Of a DNA stretch of 32,000 nt, positions 1 to 8,823 are shown in pieces. A program made the translations under genes and the position numbers. The notes below the pieces were generated by a model, which saw only the letters and a list, made by a program, of their open reading frames with translations, searched no databases and was not told the origin of the DNA. Within the stretch, counting starts at the first letter, position 1. Each line of letters starts with the position of its first letter. This DNA is from Nitrosospira multiformis ATCC 25196 (GTDB lineage: Bacteria; Pseudomonadota; Gammaproteobacteria; Burkholderiales; Nitrosomonadaceae), in contig NC_007614.1 of the NCBI RefSeq assembly GCF_000196355.1, positions 2,010,001 through 2,042,000 of the forward strand, written 5' to 3'.

Positions 1-168
1 AGCGCTGGCAGCACCTCCATTTCTGGAAATCCCCCCGGAAGCCACAAGAAGATTCAGAAACAGACCGAAGCGGGCGACGACGAAACCAAGCGCGATGACC
101 GTCAACCCCGTGCGCACCCATGCTAAAAGTGTCCGCTCCGCCGCGAAGAAAACGCGCGGGTCCGACAT
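1..168 (-). CDS. DUF202/YidH-like inner-membrane protein, N-terminal part only (gene continues past the left window edge)
   Basis: My own minus-strand translation from ATG at 168 gives MSDPRVFFAAERTLLAWVRTGLTVIALGFVVARFGLFLNLLVASGG... The ERTxLAWxRT motif followed by a TM helix matches the YidH/DUF202 signature. It is too short for the supplied ORF track. Confidence 0.5.
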   Translation of the reverse strand, partial: MSDPRVFFAAERTLLAWVRTGLTVIALGFVVARFGLFLNLLVASGGISRNGGAASA

Positions 169-457
169 TTTCTCCGAATCACCCTTTCCCCCTTGCAGGT
201 TTTCAGACGCGGGATTTATAGTCGCCCTCTTCAATCAAATACGGGCCGGTCAGGAGTAACGACCCAAAGAATAATGTCCCCAAAGGCAATCAACTTGGCG
301 ATCCGCTTTTATGTACATAGTGTCTTCGCTGCACACGCTATTATAATATAGTCATTTTTTGCCCGGTCTCTCCTGCCTCTTCCAGATGTGCGGGAGAGCA
401 AATATCATTCAGGCAATCATTGAAAAAAAGCCGAATCAGGAAAACTCTCCCACTATC

Positions 458-1183
458 ATGATCAAACTCGGCGTTAATATCGATCACGTCGCCACCTTGC
501 GCCAAGCGCGCGGTACAACCTATCCCGATCCGATAGAGGCGGCACTCATTGCCGAATCGGCCGGAGCAGATGCCATCACCTTGCACTTGCGCGAAGACCG
601 GCGCCACATACAGGATAGAGACGTGGAAATCCTGCGCGGCGCCCTCAAGACCCGCATGAATCTGGAGAGCGCGGTCACGGATGAAATGATCGGATTTGCG
701 CTGCGCATCAAACCCCATGATATCTGCCTTGTGCCGGAACGGCGCGAAGAATTGACAACCGAAGGCGGACTCGATGTGGCACGGCATTTCGAGCAAGTAC
801 AACGCGCATGCCACAGGCTGGCTGAAGCCGGTATCCGGGTTTCACTCTTCGTCGATGCCGAGCCCGCGCAGATCGATGCGTCCGTCGAGGCAGGGGCACC
901 GGTCATCGAAATTCACACTGGACATTACGCCGATGCGCAAACGACGGACGAGCAGCAAGGCGAGCTGGAGCGGGTCAGGGCGGCGGTAAGCAAGGGCCTG
1001 AACCACGGACTCACGGTCAACGCCGGGCACGGATTGCATTACCTGAATGTTCAGGCAATCGCCGCAATCCCTGGCGTGTCGGAGCTCAACATCGGGCACG
1101 CGATCGTGGCTCGTGCATTGTTCGTGGGCTTCGAGCGGGCAGTCCGGGAAATGAAAAACCTGATGCTGGAAGCATGTAAATGA
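458..1183 (+). CDS. pdxJ: pyridoxine 5'-phosphate synthase
   Basis: Frame of ORF 359..1183. I place the start at ATG 458 ([19 protein letters not shown]...), the canonical PdxJ N-terminus. Further PdxJ-like blocks are [20 protein letters not shown] and NAGHGL. The 33 codons upstream, from a TTG, look non-coding. Confidence 0.95.
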   Translation: MIKLGVNIDHVATLRQARGTTYPDPIEAALIAESAGADAITLHLREDRRHIQDRDVEILRGALKTRMNLESAVTDEMIGFALRIKPHDICLVPERREELTTEGGLDVARHFEQVQRACHRLAEAGIRVSLFVDAEPAQIDASVEAGAPVIEIHTGHYADAQTTDEQQGELERVRAAVSKGLNHGLTVNAGHGLHYLNVQAIAAIPGVSELNIGHAIVARALFVGFERAVREMKNLMLEACK

Positions 1184-1557
1184 TCTATGGGATCGGAACC
1201 GATCTGGTTGAAACCTCGCGTATTACGCGCCTGCTGGAAAAATACGGAGAGCGTTTCGCCCGGCGCCTGCTGACAGACGAGGAGTGGCCGGAATATGCAA
1301 AAAGCATGCAGCCCGCAATGTTCCTGGCAAAGCGTTTTGCCGCCAAGGAAGCCCTCGCCAAAGCCTTTGGCACGGGTATCCGTCATCCTGTCAGCCTGAG
1401 CCATATCGGAGTAACCCATGATACCCTGGGCAAACCCTATTTCAAATTCCACCCTGAATTGCATACCCTCGTCCAAAACGAAGGCATCACCCGTCACCAT
1501 CTCTCCATCAGTGACGAGTTGAACCTCGCTTGCGCTTTTGTCATATTGGAAAAATAA
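1180..1557 (+). CDS. acpS: holo-[acyl-carrier-protein] synthase (4'-phosphopantetheinyl transferase)
   Basis: 125 aa. [11 protein letters not shown]... and [11 protein letters not shown] blocks are typical of AcpS. The start ATG overlaps the pdxJ stop (ATGA), implying translational coupling. Confidence 0.95.
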   Translation: MIYGIGTDLVETSRITRLLEKYGERFARRLLTDEEWPEYAKSMQPAMFLAKRFAAKEALAKAFGTGIRHPVSLSHIGVTHDTLGKPYFKFHPELHTLVQNEGITRHHLSISDELNLACAFVILEK

Positions 1558-2607
1558 ATGTCGCTCGGTCCCGTCATACTCGATATCGAAGGCACGCAAC
1601 TCACCGCCAACGATAAGAAAAAACTCCGGCACCCGCTGGTTGGAGGGGTGATCCTGTTCACGCGCAACTATTCCTCGCTTGCGCAACTCATGCATCTGAC
1701 TGCTGAAATCCATGCGCTGCGAACGCCGCCACTCCTGGTCGCCGTCGATCACGAAGGAGGCAGAGTTCAACGTTTCCGGGAAGATTTCACGCGCCTGCCC
1801 CCCATGCGAGAACTGGGCAGGATCTGGGATGAGCATCCTGCCCAGGCGCGGCATCTGGCGCATGAGGCGGGATATGTCCTGGCGGCGGAACTACGGGCTG
1901 CGGGCGTGGACTTCAGTTTTACACCGGTCCTGGATATGGATTATGGCCAAAGCAGCGTCATCCGCGACCGTGCTTTTCACCGTGACCCGCAAGCCATTGC
2001 CGAGCTGGCCCATAGCCTGATGAGCGGGTTGAAATCAGCCGGAATGGCAGCGGTGGGCAAACATTTCCCTGGTCATGGTTATATCGAGGCCGATTCCCAT
2101 TTCGAAATGCCGGTGGACGAACGAACTTACGCGCAGATCGAAATGGACGATCTTATTCCATTCCGTAAAATGATCGGTTTCGGCCTTACCGGCATGATGC
2201 CTGCCCACGTCATTTATCCAAAGGTGGATGCATTACCGGCCGGTTTTTCCGAAGTATGGCTCAAAAAGGTTTTGCGGGGTGAGCTGGGTTTCGAAGGGTG
2301 TATCTTCAGCGACGATCTGAATATGGCGGGAGCAGCTTTTGCAGGCAATCCGGTGGAGCGGGCCCAGAAAGCATTGCATGCGGGATGCGACATGGTGCTT
2401 CTGTGTAATAACCCGGAAGCGGCCGAAATGCTGCTCGCGGAGCTACATTGGGACCTGCCCGCCCTTGGGGTGATTCGTCTCGCCCGCATGCGCGGGCGCC
2501 CAAACCCGGATTCGCTGGTGAAACTGCACGAAAACCCGAACTTCGTCAGTGCCGTGGAAAAAATTGCGGGTATCGGCGTTCGCAGCGGCGAGTTGCCGCT
2601 GGTGTAG
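1558..2607 (+). CDS. nagZ: beta-N-acetylhexosaminidase (GH3, peptidoglycan recycling)
   Basis: 349 aa. GH3/NagZ blocks are [28 protein letters not shown] and FSDDLNM. The ATG follows the acpS TAA with no spacer. Confidence 0.93.
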   Translation: MSLGPVILDIEGTQLTANDKKKLRHPLVGGVILFTRNYSSLAQLMHLTAEIHALRTPPLLVAVDHEGGRVQRFREDFTRLPPMRELGRIWDEHPAQARHLAHEAGYVLAAELRAAGVDFSFTPVLDMDYGQSSVIRDRAFHRDPQAIAELAHSLMSGLKSAGMAAVGKHFPGHGYIEADSHFEMPVDERTYAQIEMDDLIPFRKMIGFGLTGMMPAHVIYPKVDALPAGFSEVWLKKVLRGELGFEGCIFSDDLNMAGAAFAGNPVERAQKALHAGCDMVLLCNNPEAAEMLLAELHWDLPALGVIRLARMRGRPNPDSLVKLHENPNFVSAVEKIAGIGVRSGELPLV

Positions 2608-2791
2608 CAAAATCTGAAACCCGCACCTTCCCTATCCCCGCCCTCCTGCCACAGCGGGTCTCCTCTGTTTTGCCACCCTCCTCCCCAGCAGCAGCTCCAG
2701 CGTTCTCTGCCACTTTTCACTATACAACCACGCCTAGGAAGCTGCTGAACAAATCCAGAGGCTCAGGTAGCAAAAAAATCGAAGGGATCGG

Positions 2792-2819
2792 TTGAAAAAT
2801 AGCCAAACGAACCTATATT
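2792..2819 (+). promoter_or_regulatory. candidate promoter of the hsp20 gene (sigma-70-like TTGAAA-N16-TATATT, also readable as sigma-32-like TTGAAA-N13-ACCTATAT)
   Basis: TTGAAA at 2792-2797 and TATATT at 2814-2819. The overlapping ACCTATAT partly resembles the CCCCATNT heat-shock -10. It lies about 60 nt upstream of the hsp20 ATG. Called by eye only. Confidence 0.4.
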
Positions 2820-2881
2820 GATTAATAAGTGCTGATTCACAGCATCAGCTTGATGTCAGACATTTATTCAAAGGAGATATT

Positions 2882-3316
2882 ATGGCTATTAGTCGGTATG
2901 AACCGTGGAGCTTGCTCCACCAATTACATCGGGAACTGGATCGTGCGCGGGAGAACGTTGCCGGCGACGGATCCGCCGCGACCGCCGAATGGGCGCCGGC
3001 AGTGGATATCAAGGAAGAAGCGGACAAGTTCGTTCTTCAGGCTGATCTTCCCGGTGTAAAACCCGAAGATATCGATATCAGCATGGAAGAAAGCATGCTC
3101 ACGATCAAGGGCGAAAAGAAAACCGAGGCCACCACCGAGAAGGAAGGCTACAAGCGTGTCGAGCGCGCCTACGGCTCCTTCCATCGCCGTTTCAGCTTGC
3201 CGGACACTGCCAACGCGGACGCGATATCCGCCAAGTCCAATCTGGGCGTTCTGGAAATCGTCATCCCCAAACGCGAACCGGTCCAGCCGAAAAAGATCAA
3301 CGTGACCGTTCAATAA
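2882..3316 (+). CDS. small heat-shock protein, Hsp20/alpha-crystallin family (IbpA-like)
   Basis: 144 aa. Alpha-crystallin domain WAPAVDIKEEADKFVLQADLPGVKPEDIDISMEESMLTIKGEKK...SFHRRFSLP...GVLEIVIPK. Strong SD AAAGGAGA 5 nt before the ATG. Confidence 0.92.
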   Translation: MAISRYEPWSLLHQLHRELDRARENVAGDGSAATAEWAPAVDIKEEADKFVLQADLPGVKPEDIDISMEESMLTIKGEKKTEATTEKEGYKRVERAYGSFHRRFSLPDTANADAISAKSNLGVLEIVIPKREPVQPKKINVTVQ

Positions 3317-3339
3317 GAGTATTAAACCGGCTGACAGGG

Positions 3340-3376
3340 CCCGGTGGAAGCGAAGCTCCACCGGGTTTCCTTTTTT
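3340..3376 (+). terminator. rho-independent terminator of hsp20
   Basis: CCCGGTGGA (3340-3348) pairs with TCCACCGGG (3357-3365), followed by TTTCCTTTTTT. Confidence 0.8.
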
Positions 3377-3478
3377 GGATCGGCGTTCTTTCCACTTCGC
3401 CCTCACCCTCATCTCTCAGCCTGTTTCCAGCTGCCCGAAAGGAATAAGGCGTAGAGGATAAAGAGTACAGAGACTTTT

Positions 3479-4984
3479 TCAGAAGTTTTTTACACGAACC
3501 CGATAGTTCAGAACATTATGGCCGCCGGCAGGAACAACCACTTTCCATTCCGCCATATTCGAAGAGACCTTGCTGTGTGCTTGTGATTCGGATACCACTT
3601 GCCAATCCCCGGGTATTGGTTCCCGGACCGTCACGGCGACAGTTTCTTTGCGGGCATTGTGCAAAAGAATCTTAAATGCGCTCTCGAACGTGTTCCCCTC
3701 CCGCGAGTCCGTCAGTCCTTCTCCCGCCAACTTCAGGAAATCCGTCTGTTTTCTTTCCACTGTTACATCGAATGCGTTTCCCGGTTTCAGCCGGACAATT
3801 TCACCTGCAGCCGAATGATCCACCTGATCCTCACCCACAAACTGGATATGGCCGCGTGAGTCTTTTTTATATATTCGTGCTATTCCTGCAGGCAGGGGAA
3901 TTCCCAGTCCTTCTCCCTTGTTCCTGAATTCGAGAAATACCGCCGGCTTCAGGTTCTGCCCTATATCAGCATATTTTCCGGAGTAGTAATAATCGGAACC
4001 TGTCAAAACCAGTTCCTTCTTCATCGGTATGCGGGTTGCAGACATCAGCCCTACCTGCCTGATCTGGTTCTCCGCCAGTGTTATGGGGCGATCGAGGGTA
4101 TAGAGGTGATATTCAAGCAGCGGCTCCTGTTTCAGGTCGGCCGCCTCCGCCATTTTTGCCATGGCCATGACATGGCGCGGCACAGGGGCGCCTTGGCGCA
4201 CCTGGTTGACATCCCCTGCAACCAGTTGCAAGGCAGCGTTCAGGTAGGCTGTTCCACTTTGATTGGTTATGGTCGCCCAGCCCTGGATATCCGCATGCTC
4301 CTCGCGCTCATTCAATTCCACTGCATAATCCGCTCGCCAGGATAACCCCGTTGTCAAATAGGAAAGTTCCAGGTCCTGCTCGCCGGCAACCGGATTGACG
4401 AAGGAAATAGCCAGACTGGGCTTGTCCTGTAATCCCGCGAGAACAGCAGGGAAAGCCAATCGGTCCAGATGGGGGTTGCCGATTTCAACGCGATCCGCAT
4501 ACTTGAACACTCCGCCGTTATGTGCGGAAAGTACTATAGCGGTCTCTCTACTCTCCTTCCCTGTCGCTGGATTCGCATGAACGACCGTTACTTCCCTGCC
4601 GATGTATCGCTCCAGCAGTTTTCCAGGGGTTAACAGATCGAGGTCGAAACTCAGTTCCCGTACGCGAAATCCACGGAAATGAGCAGGATTACGCAATCGT
4701 GCCGTTTCCGGACGTATCTGCTTTGCAACATCAAGCCAGATGAGTTGATTGAAATCGCGCGTGAGACCAAGGTGGCGCGTATCTTTTATCAAACCCAGAT
4801 TATTGCCATAAATCGTGATGGCAACCTCTTTCTGTTGCGAAGTATCAGCAATTCTTTCATCTTTCCCGGCAGGTAACCCCATCATGCTGTACGTAGAGAA
4901 CAGGATAAAGATCAACCCGCGTGCAAGCGACATCATATGATTCATTGATATTTTCCGCATTATGCTTTTAGCATAAATGGTCAT
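3479..4984 (-). CDS. DUF4139/DUF4140-family secreted protein (MuiA-like), function unknown
   Basis: 501 aa. N-terminal hydrophobic signal-like segment (MMSLARGLIFILFSTYSMMG). Blocks VAITIYGNNLGLIKDTRHLGL and YLTTGLSWRADYAVEL...IQGWATITNQSGTAYLNAALQLVAGDVN match my recollection of the DUF4140/DUF4139 pattern. The start codon is uncertain (several in-frame ATGs, no clear SD). Confidence 0.65.
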   Translation of the reverse strand: MTIYAKSIMRKISMNHMMSLARGLIFILFSTYSMMGLPAGKDERIADTSQQKEVAITIYGNNLGLIKDTRHLGLTRDFNQLIWLDVAKQIRPETARLRNPAHFRGFRVRELSFDLDLLTPGKLLERYIGREVTVVHANPATGKESRETAIVLSAHNGGVFKYADRVEIGNPHLDRLAFPAVLAGLQDKPSLAISFVNPVAGEQDLELSYLTTGLSWRADYAVELNEREEHADIQGWATITNQSGTAYLNAALQLVAGDVNQVRQGAPVPRHVMAMAKMAEAADLKQEPLLEYHLYTLDRPITLAENQIRQVGLMSATRIPMKKELVLTGSDYYYSGKYADIGQNLKPAVFLEFRNKGEGLGIPLPAGIARIYKKDSRGHIQFVGEDQVDHSAAGEIVRLKPGNAFDVTVERKQTDFLKLAGEGLTDSREGNTFESAFKILLHNARKETVAVTVREPIPGDWQVVSESQAHSKVSSNMAEWKVVVPAGGHNVLNYRVRVKNF

Positions 4985-5069
4985 GATAGGAAATGGAGAA
5001 AGGAGGCACTCTTATATAGGACCTGTTAACGAGTAAGGCGCAACGCCAAGGAAAATGGAAGGCGAGAGG

Positions 5070-7778
5070 CTAGCGTACCTGAGAATCGGTTGCCGGGAGA
5101 CCGAGATAACCTTGTGCAACCCGGTAATATATCCCGCGCAGCGGCTTCCCTTCCCGCTCTATCTTCAATTCCCTGATCGGCCCAGGCTGCACCAGCAGCG
5201 GAGTAATGTTATCGTTGCCATCGATGTCATGCTCGAGCTGATGTGTTTTCATTCCAAACAGAATAATAGGACGATCCGTCGGGGGTTCCGAGGGATACCA
5301 GAAATCATACATGGCCGCGCTCTGCAGGAACATGTTGCGTCCGCGAATATCCAGCGGTTCGCTTTTATCGTTATAAAACGACAAGGAACTCGCGACTGAC
5401 CATTTACTCATCCCCACTATAAGCGGTTTTTTTCCGGTCTGCTGCGCCACTTCTGCCGCAAGTCGTTCGACTTCACGCGTGGTTTCGCGCCAGAAGTAGT
5501 GTTCGCTGAAACCCACGTAGGGAATGCCAGGAATGCCCAGGACGACGTAATGGAGTGCCAATCCATAGAGAAACATACAGATTCCTATGGTGGGTTTCCA
5601 TGCTGCCCGCAAACGGCTTGCCACCTTGCTCCAGTGATCCGTCTGGCCCAACATCCACCCCATTGCCGGCAGAATCGCCAGCCAGACGGGCGCAGTCCAG
5701 TGGAATTTCGGCCAGCCGAACAGGCTGAGCCAGAAAAATACCGCGAGCGGCGCAATCGTGAATACCTGCATGAACAGGCGGCGTCTGCGTATCAGGGGGT
5801 TGACCGCTCGCTCATCATTGCGCACGACCAGCGCCATGAATGCTGCAACGAAACCAACCGGCGTCAGGACAAGCAGCATATGAAAGAAAAGCAGGTGCAA
5901 GGAAAACTTGTTGCCTATTCCCGTCGCGCGCTGGGACTGGTACATAATGGATGCCCAGTCGTTTTCCATATTCCAGGCAATAACGGGAGAAAACAGCGTT
6001 AGCGCAAGCGCTGCTGCAAGATAGGGCTCCGGCCGACACAACCAGCGGCGCAAACCCGGGTCGATCACTACAAACAGCAATGCTGCAAGACCCAGCAGTC
6101 CCAGCGTGTATTTGGACAGAATACCCAGTCCGAATGCAATGCCCATGCCCAACCAGGCCCATCGCTGGTCCGCTATCAATGCCCGCTCCATGTAGTACAG
6201 GGTAGCTGCCCAGGTAGCCATTAACGGAGCATCCGGCGTCATGAGCGTTGCAGTAACAAAGCCGAGTGGCAACACTGTCAGCAAAAGGACAGCGCGGATA
6301 CCGGTCGATTTGTCGTAGAGATTGCGCGAGAGGGCGTACAGATAACCCATTGTAATCAGCCCGCAGATGAAGGCGCCTATCCGTACTCCGAACTCGTTGT
6401 CACCGAAGATCGAGGTCCCGAACCAGATCAGCCAGGCCACCATAGGCGGATGATCGAAAAAACTCAGGTCCATGTGCTGCGCATAATTCCAGTAGTACGC
6501 TTCATCCGGAATCAACTGTGCCATGCCCATGTAGATCAGGCGCAGCATTACCGCAAACGCGACGATTCCGAACGAGGCGACGCGCCACCGGACATCCAGG
6601 GAGGGTGGATTCTGTTTTACCGGAAATACGTAGAAAACCAAGCCCATATAAATAACGGCAGCCGTGGCCCCAATAGCGGGAAATATCGCCAGCAGTGGCG
6701 GCATATGCCAGCCGTGAACGAGGAGAGCCAGCACGCCTCCACGCATCAACAATGCGAACAACCCGACCGTCAGAAAACGCCCGAATTGCGGCCACCGCAA
6801 GTATCCTTCGTGGTTTAGATGAAAAGACCATTTGAAATTGAGCGAATAACTTACCGAGGCAGCGACAAAAAAACTCAGGATATGTGCCAGCGCAAGCCCT
6901 GCCCCGCTGCTCAACAACCATTGGAACAGCAGTGCATCGACAAAAACGCCAAATAATCCTGCTGCTGCGAAGCGGCCGGCTCTGCCCACCGAAACCGTAC
7001 CGCCCGCCAGAGTCATCAGCCGCCGCAAATATGTCCATTGATGTGAAAACGACAGCTTCGACGCACCGTGGATCCGATCGCGAAAGCAGATCGGCACTTC
7101 CACCACCCGAAGCTTGCCCTGCCCTGCCATGAGCAGTTCGAGCAATATCTTGTATCCGCCCGCACGTTCCGCAACAGTTCCTGACAATTCGCGGCGGAAT
7201 GCGAAAAATCCGGAGGTCGCATCGTTGATGTCACACAGGGGACGCGCAAGCCAGCTGCCGAGGCGGGACAGCCACTGCCGGTGCAGCGGCCAGCCCTCGG
7301 TACTGCCACCCGGCACATAACGACTCCCGACTGCGACGTCATGACTCCCATCCAGTATCGGCGCGATCAGGGCGGGCAATTGCTCGGGCGGATGACTCAA
7401 GTCCGCATCCATCACGACAATGACATCTCCTCGCGCCGCTCCCGCACCCGCCAGGATTGAACGGGTGAGATCGGGTTTTTCCCGGCGTTCGATCAGTCTT
7501 ATGTTGCCGCAATTTTCCCATTCGCGGACTTTTTCCGGCGTTCCATCGCAGGAACCATCGTCCACAAAGATGACTTCGAAACTTCCCTCCGGCAAATCAA
7601 GGGCAGATAGTCTGGTCAGTAACGGGTCGATGTTGCCGGCCTCGTTGAGTGTGGGAACGATCACCGAAAACTGGATGCCACCTTCCAGGCAGAAGCTTGA
7701 AGGATGGAGGGATGCCGAAGGAAACGAACGCAAAGACAGGAAGCTGGATGCTTCCGGCGATTTAGGTAAAGAACTCAC
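5070..7778 (-). CDS. tri-domain fusion: GT2 polyprenyl-phosphate glycosyl synthase (Dpm1/GtrB/ArnC-like) + GtrA-like domain + GT-C ArnT/PMT-type (GT39/83-like) transferase
   Basis: One uninterrupted 902-aa ORF. Residues ~37-255: FSVIVPTLNEAG, FVDDGSCDGT, VVMDADLSHPP (GT2). Residues ~266-386: GRFAAAGLFGVFVDALLFQWLL...SYSLNFKWSF (GtrA-like). Residues ~398 to end: LIPDEAYYWNYAQHMDLSFFDHPPM followed by many TM helices and a soluble C-terminal tail (ArnT/PMT_2-like). Confidence 0.85.
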   Translation of the reverse strand: MSSLPKSPEASSFLSLRSFPSASLHPSSFCLEGGIQFSVIVPTLNEAGNIDPLLTRLSALDLPEGSFEVIFVDDGSCDGTPEKVREWENCGNIRLIERREKPDLTRSILAGAGAARGDVIVVMDADLSHPPEQLPALIAPILDGSHDVAVGSRYVPGGSTEGWPLHRQWLSRLGSWLARPLCDINDATSGFFAFRRELSGTVAERAGGYKILLELLMAGQGKLRVVEVPICFRDRIHGASKLSFSHQWTYLRRLMTLAGGTVSVGRAGRFAAAGLFGVFVDALLFQWLLSSGAGLALAHILSFFVAASVSYSLNFKWSFHLNHEGYLRWPQFGRFLTVGLFALLMRGGVLALLVHGWHMPPLLAIFPAIGATAAVIYMGLVFYVFPVKQNPPSLDVRWRVASFGIVAFAVMLRLIYMGMAQLIPDEAYYWNYAQHMDLSFFDHPPMVAWLIWFGTSIFGDNEFGVRIGAFICGLITMGYLYALSRNLYDKSTGIRAVLLLTVLPLGFVTATLMTPDAPLMATWAATLYYMERALIADQRWAWLGMGIAFGLGILSKYTLGLLGLAALLFVVIDPGLRRWLCRPEPYLAAALALTLFSPVIAWNMENDWASIMYQSQRATGIGNKFSLHLLFFHMLLVLTPVGFVAAFMALVVRNDERAVNPLIRRRRLFMQVFTIAPLAVFFWLSLFGWPKFHWTAPVWLAILPAMGWMLGQTDHWSKVASRLRAAWKPTIGICMFLYGLALHYVVLGIPGIPYVGFSEHYFWRETTREVERLAAEVAQQTGKKPLIVGMSKWSVASSLSFYNDKSEPLDIRGRNMFLQSAAMYDFWYPSEPPTDRPIILFGMKTHQLEHDIDGNDNITPLLVQPGPIRELKIEREGKPLRGIYYRVAQGYLGLPATDSQVR

Positions 7779-8169
7779 GTAGCTGCTTTTCTTGTACGGG
7801 GCCGTTCCACAGTTCCTGCTTTCAATCCGTCAGATGATGGTTTCACAATCGTGAAACATGCGGAAGCGTAGCACAGTTTGCGCAAGAACGCCTGAATGCT
7901 GAATGATTAAGATGACCGGGAAGCACAAATAGATAAGAATCACATTTGCTGCTTCCACCGCACTTTGAAGCGGGCTGCCGCGCCGTGAGAAATCGGTACA
8001 TTCGCTGTAGGCCCTGATATCCAAAAATTCCCGCCTTCAACCAGTTTGACTACACGGCAGATAGGGCGCCGAGCCCCCGAATTTTGGCATGCCTTTTCCA
8101 TATTTCTCAGCGGTATGCTAGTATTAAGTTGGAATTAAATTTTTATTTAATCTATTAAGGGAGGTATCG

Positions 8170-8616
8170 ATGAAAAATATGTTGAAAACGCTAATGATAC
8201 TGTCTGCATTATTATTCGTTTCGCCACAAGCAGCGTTTGCACACAGCTATGCGGAAGGTGTGGGCGACAAGCTTGCGCATGGGCTTGCCAACACGGTCAC
8301 AGGCATAGGCGAAGTACCGAAGAACATCATGATAGGCACCAACGAGAAGGGACTTGGCTACGGACTTACCGCTGGCCTGCTTACAGGCATCGTGCATGGT
8401 ATCGGGCGCACATTGACGGGCGCGGTAGACCTGGTCACATTTGTCATTCCAACCAAACCCCTTATCTATCCCGACTATATCTGGAAAGACTGGGACAGGG
8501 AGACACACTATCATCCTGACTGGAAATTGAGCACGGATGAGCCCAAGGAGAAATCCTATCGCCAGCCCGCCGGCTCTTACGAGCAACAACCACCTGCGGA
8601 TCAACGTTATCAGTAA
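8170..8616 (+). CDS. secreted small protein resembling the exosortase-system-associated TIGR04073 family
   Basis: 148 aa. Signal peptide MKNMLKTLMILSALLFVSPQAAFA. KLAHGLANTVTGIGEVPKNI and GIGRTLTGAVDLVTFVIP match the KLxRGxxNxxxGxxExPxxI / RxxxGxxExxTF pattern I recall for that family. Strong SD AGGGAGG. Confidence 0.55.
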   Translation: MKNMLKTLMILSALLFVSPQAAFAHSYAEGVGDKLAHGLANTVTGIGEVPKNIMIGTNEKGLGYGLTAGLLTGIVHGIGRTLTGAVDLVTFVIPTKPLIYPDYIWKDWDRETHYHPDWKLSTDEPKEKSYRQPAGSYEQQPPADQRYQ

Positions 8617-8640
8617 CTCTGCTTCTGTCGCATTCCATAG

Positions 8641-8665
8641 AAAAGGGAGCTTCGGCTCCCTTTTC
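8641..8665 (+). terminator. rho-independent terminator (A-tract before and T-tract after the stem, possibly bidirectional)
   Basis: AAAAGGGAGC TTCG GCTCCCTTTT followed by C, 25 nt after the stop at 8616. Confidence 0.8.
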
Positions 8666-8823
8666 TATGGGAACCAATGTATTTCTGAATAAATGAATGT
8701 GCATACCGCAATTCCTGATCGACCGCAACCTCTCTGATGCGCCTCGGAAATCTCCCAAAAGAAAATCCGGGTGTAGTCTCCCCATCCAACTTCATCGGAT
8801 TCGGTCTCCGCTCCAGCCTTCAA

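Noticed and set aside
342-347. TATAAT hexamer as the pdxJ promoter -10
   Set aside because: There is no acceptable -35 at 16-18 nt spacing, so I cannot support it beyond chance in an AT-rich spacer.
1051-1863. 270-aa minus-strand ORF
   Set aside because: It is antisense to pdxJ, acpS and nagZ, all confidently identified, and it has no motifs.
2826-2881. ROSE-type RNA thermometer in the hsp20 leader
   Set aside because: Hairpins exist, but I found no anti-SD segment able to pair with AAAGGAGA, and no conserved ROSE-like bulged-G context is visible.
8085-8100. Sigma-54-like sequence TGGCATgccttTTCCA upstream of the TIGR04073-like gene
   Set aside because: The -24 GG is present, but the essential -12 GC is CC (TTCCA instead of TTGCA). 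That is too weak to call.
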